In this document: piece after piece, positions 58,093 through 64,000 of the stretch
Layout of the letters: every line of letters begins with the position of its first letter
Position numbering within the stretch: position 1 is the first letter of the stretch
Origin: an uncultured Candidatus Saccharibacteria bacterium
Lineage (GTDB): Bacteria; Patescibacteriota; Saccharimonadia; Saccharimonadales; JAGQNJ01
Assembly: GCA_964584895.1 (NCBI GenBank)
Contig: CAZPAW010000002.1
Span: 2,748-66,747 of the forward strand
Length of the DNA stretch: 64,000 nucleotides
Direction of reading: 5' to 3'
Position numbers and translations under genes: made by a program
The notes under the pieces: model-generated
Database searches by the model: none
The model's input: only the letters and a program-made list of their open reading frames with translations
Told to the model about the DNA's origin: nothing

Positions 58093-58341
58093 GTGGCTAA
58101 AAACATAACAATATATACAACTAATACTTGCGCTTATTGCGTCATGGTAAAAAGATATTTGCAGGCAAAAGGACAAAAATACAACGAGGTAAACCTAGAT
58201 ACTAATCCTGAGAGACAAAAAGAAGCACAAGAGATGAGCGGTGCATTGACCGTGCCAGTAACGGTTGTTACTAAAGATGACGATAGTAAACAAGTTGTTG
58301 TTGGCTATAATCTGTCGCAACTTGCTCCCGCGCTAGCCTAA
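58093..58341 (+). CDS. glutaredoxin-family / NrdH-like redoxin
   Basis: ITIYTTNTCAYCVMVKRYL (CxxC in a thioredoxin-fold context). GTG start. Upstream of trxB. Confidence 0.8.
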   Translation: MAKNITIYTTNTCAYCVMVKRYLQAKGQKYNEVNLDTNPERQKEAQEMSGALTVPVTVVTKDDDSKQVVVGYNLSQLAPALA

Positions 58342-58405
58342 TGTAGTCTATAATTTATAAAGATCGTAAATGCATTGTAGTATTAACAGTAAAATGAGGT
58401 GAGAA

Positions 58406-59332
58406 GTGGTGGATAAAGATAAAAGTGTTGATTTAGTTATTATTGGGGCAGGGCCAGCAGCGCTTTCTGCTGCTGTTTATACTACCAGAGAAGATATAAA
58501 AACGGTGCTCTACGAGAAAGCAGTCGTCGGTGGACTGGCGGCCGTTACAGACTGGGTCGATAATTATCCGGGCTTTTCTAAAGGGATTTCGGGACTAGAT
58601 TTAGCTGAAGAACTTCGCAAGCAAGCAGAACGATTCGGCGCCGATATTCAATATGGAGAAGTAACTAAAATTACTGATGCTGGCAAATATCGGATTATAA
58701 AAACTATTGACGGTGAAGTTAAAGCGAAAGCAGTGCTTATCGCCACCGGTACAGATTATAAAAAGATAGGTGTACCCGGCGAGGAAGAGTACTACGCGAG
58801 GGGCGTGCACTATTGCGCGACTTGTGACGGGGCGTTTTATCGCGACAAAAAACTGGTTGTTGTTGGTGGGGGAAACTCTGCTGTGCAAGAAGCGCTATTT
58901 TTAACAAAATTTGCCAGCCATATAGATCTGTTAGTCAGAAGCACTATAAAAGCTTCTGATGTTTTAATTGCCGAACTTGATAAAAACGATAAGATTACTG
59001 TTCATACCAGCACAACTACAGATGAAATTGTAGGCAAAGAAGGTAAGGTTGTTAAAGTTGTCGGTACTAAAAATGGTAAAAAAACTGATTTTCTTTGTGA
59101 CGGAGTTTTTGTCTTTGTAGGATTAAAGCCGAATACACAATTTTTGAAAGATTCTCAAATCGAATTAGACGAGATTGGTTTTGTTAAGTCAAAATCAGGG
59201 TTAAAAACTAGTATGAAAGGTGTATTTGTAGCGGGTGATGTACGTCAGGGCTCAACAATGCAGATTGCTAGCGCTGTTGGCGAGGGAGCCACTGCAGCCC
59301 TACATATCAGAGAATTTTTAGAAGATAAATAA
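58406..59332 (+). CDS. trxB: thioredoxin-disulfide reductase
   Basis: FAD GxGxxA (IIGAGPAA), redox CATCDG, NADPH site VVGGGNSA. GTG start with GAGGTG SD. Confidence 0.95.
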   Translation: MVDKDKSVDLVIIGAGPAALSAAVYTTREDIKTVLYEKAVVGGLAAVTDWVDNYPGFSKGISGLDLAEELRKQAERFGADIQYGEVTKITDAGKYRIIKTIDGEVKAKAVLIATGTDYKKIGVPGEEEYYARGVHYCATCDGAFYRDKKLVVVGGGNSAVQEALFLTKFASHIDLLVRSTIKASDVLIAELDKNDKITVHTSTTTDEIVGKEGKVVKVVGTKNGKKTDFLCDGVFVFVGLKPNTQFLKDSQIELDEIGFVKSKSGLKTSMKGVFVAGDVRQGSTMQIASAVGEGATAALHIREFLEDK

Positions 59333-59379
59333 CGCTACTGCTTGCAGTTAAGTACAAAAAACAATAATATTCTTTAGAA

Positions 59380-59784
59380 ATGCCAAGCCTAGGACAAAAA
59401 TTAAATACTCGTCGTTTCGAGATTGAGCCTGCTATAGAACATAATAATGCAGTTATTAGGTCATTAACTGAGGAAAACAAACGTTTGAGGGAAGATCTGG
59501 TATCTGGATTAATGACTCACGAAGGACAAACGCGATATGTATGGGGTACGGCATTGGTCCACGGCGCGATTACCGCCGAAAATGCGGTTGTTGTGAGTGA
59601 GCCGCTGTATATAGAAAAAGCTGGCTTAGCAACTCCTGAAGAAGTCGAACGATTTGGGGTTATCGCGTTAGTGAAAACAATACAGCAATCCGATGATTTT
59701 AGGTTAGTTCGATTTTTCGATCCGTTTCAATCTGAATTTGATATTAAACCCCTTGAATTAGATGAATCCCAGGCTATAGCGTAG
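59380..59784 (+). CDS. hypothetical protein
   Basis: 134-aa ORF. No motif recognised. Confidence 0.5.
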   Translation: MPSLGQKLNTRRFEIEPAIEHNNAVIRSLTEENKRLREDLVSGLMTHEGQTRYVWGTALVHGAITAENAVVVSEPLYIEKAGLATPEEVERFGVIALVKTIQQSDDFRLVRFFDPFQSEFDIKPLELDESQAIA

Positions 59785-59828
59785 TACAATATAGACAACA
59801 ATTAAACTAAAAAAGGGAGGAGTAATTC

Positions 59829-60347
59829 ATGACAGATGTAAGTTATGGCAAAGACGCACCAAAAGTCATAAATGTAATTATTGAAATTCAAAAAGGTAGT
59901 CGCAATAAAATAGAAGTAGACAAGGTCACGAATAGATTATTCTTGGACAGAGTAAACGGAACATTGCTTGGGTATCCAGCTGATTATGGTTATGTGCCAG
60001 ATACTTTATGTGATGACGGCGACCCGCTGGATGCATTGATAATTATTGACGAATCACTACCTCATGGTGTTGTTGTACCGGCAAGAGCGATAGGAGTTTT
60101 GTATTTTGAAGATGATGGCGAGATGGATGAAAAACTTATTTGCGTACCGGCTGATGATATTAGCAAAGACCATATTAAACATGTTGACGATCTGGGTGAT
60201 GCGTTTAAGAAGAATATTGAGCATTTTTATAATCATTACAAAGATTGGAAAAAAGACTGGAAGGGTGTGAGCGCTAAACTCAAGGGTTGGGGTGGCCCCG
60301 ATCAAGCCATAGAGGTAATCGAACAATCAATCAAGAGCGCTAAGTAA
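59829..60347 (+). CDS. ppa: inorganic pyrophosphatase (family I)
   Basis: YGYVPDTLCDDGDPLDALII signature. SD GGGAGGAG upstream. Confidence 0.95.
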   Translation: MTDVSYGKDAPKVINVIIEIQKGSRNKIEVDKVTNRLFLDRVNGTLLGYPADYGYVPDTLCDDGDPLDALIIIDESLPHGVVVPARAIGVLYFEDDGEMDEKLICVPADDISKDHIKHVDDLGDAFKKNIEHFYNHYKDWKKDWKGVSAKLKGWGGPDQAIEVIEQSIKSAK

Positions 60348-60389
60348 GTACTTGACTAAAATTACGTCACGTTGTATAATACAAAAGAT

Positions 60390-60692
60390 ATGTCAAACCA
60401 ACTATTTGATAGTCAAAGGTTTAGTAAATCTGCGTGGGAATTATATGGACCATATCTTGAAATAGAACCAGATGATTTTATTCATGGCGTTGAATCTAAG
60501 GCTGGCCGTGCATTAGTCAGCGCTCTGACAAGGGTTTTGGAAATTGGGTTAATGGATGGAGCTGTAGTTCCTGAGACAGTCGATGATAATCTAGCTCGCT
60601 TTACAGTGATGAGAGCTTTAGAACACGGCCACGCGTCTATCCAAGATTTTCCTGACACCTTCAAATCTATGGATTTAGGCACACAAAACTAA
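60390..60692 (+). CDS. hypothetical protein
   Basis: The track's TTG 60372 overlaps TATAAT (60375-60380). The in-frame ATG at 60390 lies 9 nt after the -10 and is preferred. No motif. Confidence 0.5.
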   Translation: MSNQLFDSQRFSKSAWELYGPYLEIEPDDFIHGVESKAGRALVSALTRVLEIGLMDGAVVPETVDDNLARFTVMRALEHGHASIQDFPDTFKSMDLGTQN

Positions 60693-60750
60693 ACTGCTTA
60701 AGTTTTTTGTGATACAATATTCTCTGAATTAACAGAGGGTATTTTTTAGT

Positions 60751-61767
60751 ATGAAAACTAGGGTGGCGATAAATGGGTTTGGAAGAATTGGACGTAATTC
60801 ATTTAAGATTGCATTTGATAGAACTGATCTCGATATTGTAGCAATAAATGATTTAACTGATACAAAAACACTAGCCCACTTACTAAAGCACGATACTAAT
60901 TATGGCGCATATGATGCTACCGTAAAATTTGATGATAATCATATTTACGTAGATGATAAAAAAATAGCGGTTTTATCAATAAAGGATCCAAGCGAACTTC
61001 CTTGGCGTGATATGCAGGTTGATATTGTCATAGAATCAACCGGACTCTTCACTGACCCAGAGAAAGCCAAATCTCATATTGCCGCAGGAGCAAAAAAAGT
61101 TGTAATTTCAGCGCCGGCAAAAGGTGGTGGCTCTAGTACGATCGTTTTGGGAGTCAATGATGATGAAATCAATAAAAGTGGGGATATTATAAATACCGCA
61201 AGTTGCACTACTAATTGCATAACTCCGGTTGCGAGTGTAATTGAATCGGCTTTTGGGATCGAAAAAGCAATGATGACAACAATCCATAGCTTTACTGCAG
61301 ACCAGCAATTACAAGATTCACCGCATAAAGATTTGCGAAGAGCAAGGTCGGCGTCAGAGAATATTGTACCAACTAGTACAGGTGCTTCGATTGCAGCTTC
61401 AGAAGCATTACCAAGTTTGAGTGGAGTTTTTGGTGGTCTATCTATTCGTGTTCCAACACCAGTTGTTTCTTTGAGTGATTTTGTTATCGTTACCAAGAAT
61501 CCAGTTACAGTAGAATCAGTTAACCAAGTATTTATAAAAGCTTCAAATACGCCATTTTATCAAGGCATCTTGGATGTGACCAATGAACCATTAGTGTCTA
61601 GTGACTTTATAGGAAACAGTCATTCGTGCATAGTTGATTTACAATTAACCGCAGTTGTCGATAATAACTTATTGAAGGTGGTGGCTTGGTATGACAATGA
61701 ATGGGGTTATAGTAATCGATTAGTAGAAGTTGTGGCAGATTGTGCGAAACAACTAGAAGAGAAATAA
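60751..61767 (+). CDS. gap: glyceraldehyde-3-phosphate dehydrogenase (type I)
   Basis: INGFGRIGR Rossmann motif, catalytic ASCTTNC, WYDNEWGYS C-terminus. Confidence 0.97.
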   Translation: MKTRVAINGFGRIGRNSFKIAFDRTDLDIVAINDLTDTKTLAHLLKHDTNYGAYDATVKFDDNHIYVDDKKIAVLSIKDPSELPWRDMQVDIVIESTGLFTDPEKAKSHIAAGAKKVVISAPAKGGGSSTIVLGVNDDEINKSGDIINTASCTTNCITPVASVIESAFGIEKAMMTTIHSFTADQQLQDSPHKDLRRARSASENIVPTSTGASIAASEALPSLSGVFGGLSIRVPTPVVSLSDFVIVTKNPVTVESVNQVFIKASNTPFYQGILDVTNEPLVSSDFIGNSHSCIVDLQLTAVVDNNLLKVVAWYDNEWGYSNRLVEVVADCAKQLEEK

Positions 61768-61826
61768 TGGCAAGTTTATCGACAATAATAATTGCTCACA
61801 TTAGTTATATTGGAGCGCTTAAATAG

Positions 61827-62276
61827 ATGAAAAAGATATACGTTGGCGCTGATCATAATGGTTTTTTTATTAAGGAAAAATTAGTTCAGTGGTTAAAAGA
61901 TAAGAATTATGATGTTGTTGACATCGGTGATAAACGATTGAATCCTGATGATGATTATCCCGAGTTCGCGTCAAAATTGGTGACCGCTATGTTATCGGGT
62001 GATGAACCCGAACCAATGGGTATCTTGCTTTGTGGTAGTGGTCAGGGAATGGCGATAGCCGCCAATAGATTCAAGGGGATACGTGCTTCTTTAGCATGGA
62101 ATAAAAAGACTGCAGAGATGTCTAGGCACGACGATGACTCAAACGTACTATGTTTGTCTGCGTGGGAATTAGACGAAGATTCAATATACGATATTGCTCA
62201 GACTTGGCTGGATACTCCTTATGCCCGGGCAACTAGATATATACGCCGAATCACAGAGCTTGATAACCTAAACTGA
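61827..62276 (+). CDS. rpiB: ribose-5-phosphate isomerase B
   Basis: GADHNGF, LCGSGQGMAIAANR and the RpiB/LacAB family pattern. Confidence 0.93.
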   Translation: MKKIYVGADHNGFFIKEKLVQWLKDKNYDVVDIGDKRLNPDDDYPEFASKLVTAMLSGDEPEPMGILLCGSGQGMAIAANRFKGIRASLAWNKKTAEMSRHDDDSNVLCLSAWELDEDSIYDIAQTWLDTPYARATRYIRRITELDNLN

Positions 62277-62298
62277 AGTTTGCTGTTAAAATATTGTT

Positions 62299-62937
62299 AT
62301 GGTCGTAATTTGTCCAACTATCACTGCTCAGAATCCACACCAATATCGTCAACAAATGGAAAATATAAAAGATTTTGCTACTCGTATTCATATTGACCTT
62401 ATGGACGGCGTGTTTGTAAAAACAAAATCGATAGATATCGAAATGATTTGGTGGCCAGAAGACATTAAGGCTGACCTCCATCTGATGATAGATCGACCGC
62501 TAGATGTGTTAAAAAGAGTTATTGATTTAAAGCCGAATATGATATTAACTCATATTCACCCAGATATTAGATCAGCCGAAAAGGCCCTAAATATAATCAA
62601 GCAAAGTAATATAGTTGCCGGTATAGTACTAATGCCTGATGATTCAGTTGATGATGAAGCTATAGTTAAAATATTGTCAATTGCAGATCATGCTTTAATT
62701 TTCGGCGGTAAGCTTGGTTATCAGGGAGGTTCTGCGGAGATGTCTCAAATAGGTAAAGTCAAGAAAATACGTAATTTATTTCCGCATATTGAGATCGGCT
62801 GGGATGGAGGGGTCAATGAAGAAAATATTGTTGAATTATCGGATTCTGGCTTATCTGTAGTAAATGTCGGTGGCTTTATACAAAGCTCGTCCAATCCAAA
62901 AGCTAGTTACGATCTACTGAGCGAGCAACTAAAATAA
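62299..62937 (+). CDS. ribulose-phosphate 3-epimerase-like TIM-barrel protein (divergent)
   Basis: RIHIDLMDGVFV resembles the Rpe HxDxMDGxFV motif. DLHLM and GWDGGVN follow the expected order. Divergent, so the function is tentative. Confidence 0.6.
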   Translation: MVVICPTITAQNPHQYRQQMENIKDFATRIHIDLMDGVFVKTKSIDIEMIWWPEDIKADLHLMIDRPLDVLKRVIDLKPNMILTHIHPDIRSAEKALNIIKQSNIVAGIVLMPDDSVDDEAIVKILSIADHALIFGGKLGYQGGSAEMSQIGKVKKIRNLFPHIEIGWDGGVNEENIVELSDSGLSVVNVGGFIQSSSNPKASYDLLSEQLK

Positions 62938-62976
62938 CCATTATCGGTATTTAATCTGGTATAATTAACCCTAGTA

Positions 62977-63840
62977 ATGGGTGGATATAAACAGTATTCA
63001 ATAAAAGACTTGGATCAAATTGCAAATAACATAAGGCAAGATATAATTGCTATGCTTGAGGAAGCTGGTAGTGGTCATAGTGCTGGTCCTTTGGGTTTGG
63101 CAGATATTTTTGCTGCATTGTATTTCAATATATTAAAACATGACCCCGATAATCCTGACTGGGATCAGAGAGATCTTTTAATATTAAGTAATGGGCATTG
63201 TGCACCAGTACTGTACGCAACATTAGCGCATGCTGGTTATTTTGATAAAAAAGAATTACTTACACTTAGAAAATTTGGTTCTAGGTTACAGGGTCATCCA
63301 GAGAGGGTTAAATTGCCAGGCTTAGAAACAACCAGTGGGCCGCTGGGCTGTGGGCTTAGCCAAGGGATAGGGATGGCTCTAGCGCATAGAATTGATGACG
63401 AAAAACATCGTTGGGTCTATGTCGTTATGGGTGATGGAGAACAAGATGAAGGTAATATTTGGGAAGCCGCGATGCTTGGAGGGAAAGAAAAGGTCTCTAA
63501 TGTTATAGGCATAATTGATCGAAATAATATTCAAATTGATGGTCCTACAGAACACGTTATGCCATTAGAGGATTTATCAGCCAAGTGGTCTGCCTTTGGA
63601 TGGCATGTCATTGAAGTTAATGGCAATAATATAGAATCATTTATTGATGCCTGCGCTATGGCAAGGACGATTGTGGAGAAGCCAGTTGTAATAATTGCAC
63701 ATACTGTTCCAGGGCAGGGAGTGGATTTTATGGAATATGATTTTCATTGGCATGGTAAAACACCAGATCACAAACAGGCGAAAATTGCTCTTCACGAGCT
63801 TAGAACATTAGGCGGGAAGATAAAAAGTGAGCACCAATAA
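62977..63840 (+). CDS. transketolase, N-terminal (TPP-binding) subunit of a split enzyme
   Basis: GSGHSAGPLG, LSNGHCAP and GDGEQDEGNIWEA motifs. 287 aa, ending where the Pyr domain would begin. Confidence 0.93.
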   Translation: MGGYKQYSIKDLDQIANNIRQDIIAMLEEAGSGHSAGPLGLADIFAALYFNILKHDPDNPDWDQRDLLILSNGHCAPVLYATLAHAGYFDKKELLTLRKFGSRLQGHPERVKLPGLETTSGPLGCGLSQGIGMALAHRIDDEKHRWVYVVMGDGEQDEGNIWEAAMLGGKEKVSNVIGIIDRNNIQIDGPTEHVMPLEDLSAKWSAFGWHVIEVNGNNIESFIDACAMARTIVEKPVVIIAHTVPGQGVDFMEYDFHWHGKTPDHKQAKIALHELRTLGGKIKSEHQ

Positions 63841-64000
63841 TAAATCAAAAAATTGGTTAAAGCATCTATTTATTGTATTAATAATGGGGACTATATTGAC
63901 TGTAGCGACATTTGAAATTAAATCAATTCATAGTATATCGCTTTGTTATCCTCCAGGTAGCGCTCTGCTTAATTATATCGAACCGGCTGATCAGTATATA
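63827..64000 (+). CDS. possible membrane-anchored hypothetical protein, 5' part (runs off the right edge)
   Basis: GTG at 63827 overlaps the tkt subunit end. The frame is open to nt 64000 (VSTNNKSKNWLKHLFIVLIMGTILTVATF...). It is not the expected transketolase C-terminal subunit. Confidence 0.35.
   Translation, partial: MSTNNKSKNWLKHLFIVLIMGTILTVATFEIKSIHSISLCYPPGSALLNYIEPADQYI

Noticed and set aside
61074-61496. 140-aa antisense ORF inside gap (and 61108-61308)
   Set aside because: It lies opposite the most conserved part of GAPDH. No start signals.

Overview
The window is a 64-kb stretch of a low-GC bacterial chromosome using the standard code (TGA, TAA and TAG all act as stops). I can support about 85 CDS and 4 tRNAs (Cys-GCA, Leu-TAA, Ala-GGC, Gln-CTG). 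I found no rRNA, CRISPR array, transposase or integrase. From 7.3 kb rightwards the content is mostly core: ligA, a murF-like gene with ddl and a class IV aminotransferase, leuS, rpmF, nusB, rnc, rpsP, trmD, pheST, trxB, ppa, and gap-rpiB-rpe-like-split tkt. Between these lie many membrane-anchored orphan genes and several genes I associate with Actinobacteria (Ni-SOD sodN with its protease sodX, a DUF5679-like zinc ribbon, a SHOCT pair). This mix suggests a reduced-genome lineage such as Patescibacteria/Saccharibacteria, but that is inference only. The best candidate for an undescribed system is the left 7.3 kb, which looks like a defence island. It holds a two-gene operon (2191-3033 and 1485-2225, minus strand) whose first product has a TIGR02391-like C-terminus with a HEPN-type RNPKAH motif and whose second product I cannot assign. 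Diverging from that operon is a 1287-aa SF1 helicase fused to a Vsr/DUF559-like nuclease and a C-terminal WYL-like domain (HheA-like architecture). Two orphan genes flank these. Other observations worth a second look: (1) a complete Nudix domain inserted in-frame inside LeuS; (2) a 128-bp direct repeat that duplicates the 3' end of a small gene around a 1.07-kb single-gene insert; (3) a recurrent -10 box exactly 6-7 nt upstream of start codons, implying many leaderless mRNAs; (4) a tRNA-Gln-derived fragment 200 nt from the intact tRNA-Gln; (5) a GC-rich proline-rich gene built from three 57-bp tandem units; (6) a MurF-like ligase whose N-terminus is replaced by transmembrane helices. All functional calls rest on motifs read by eye. 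No searches were run.
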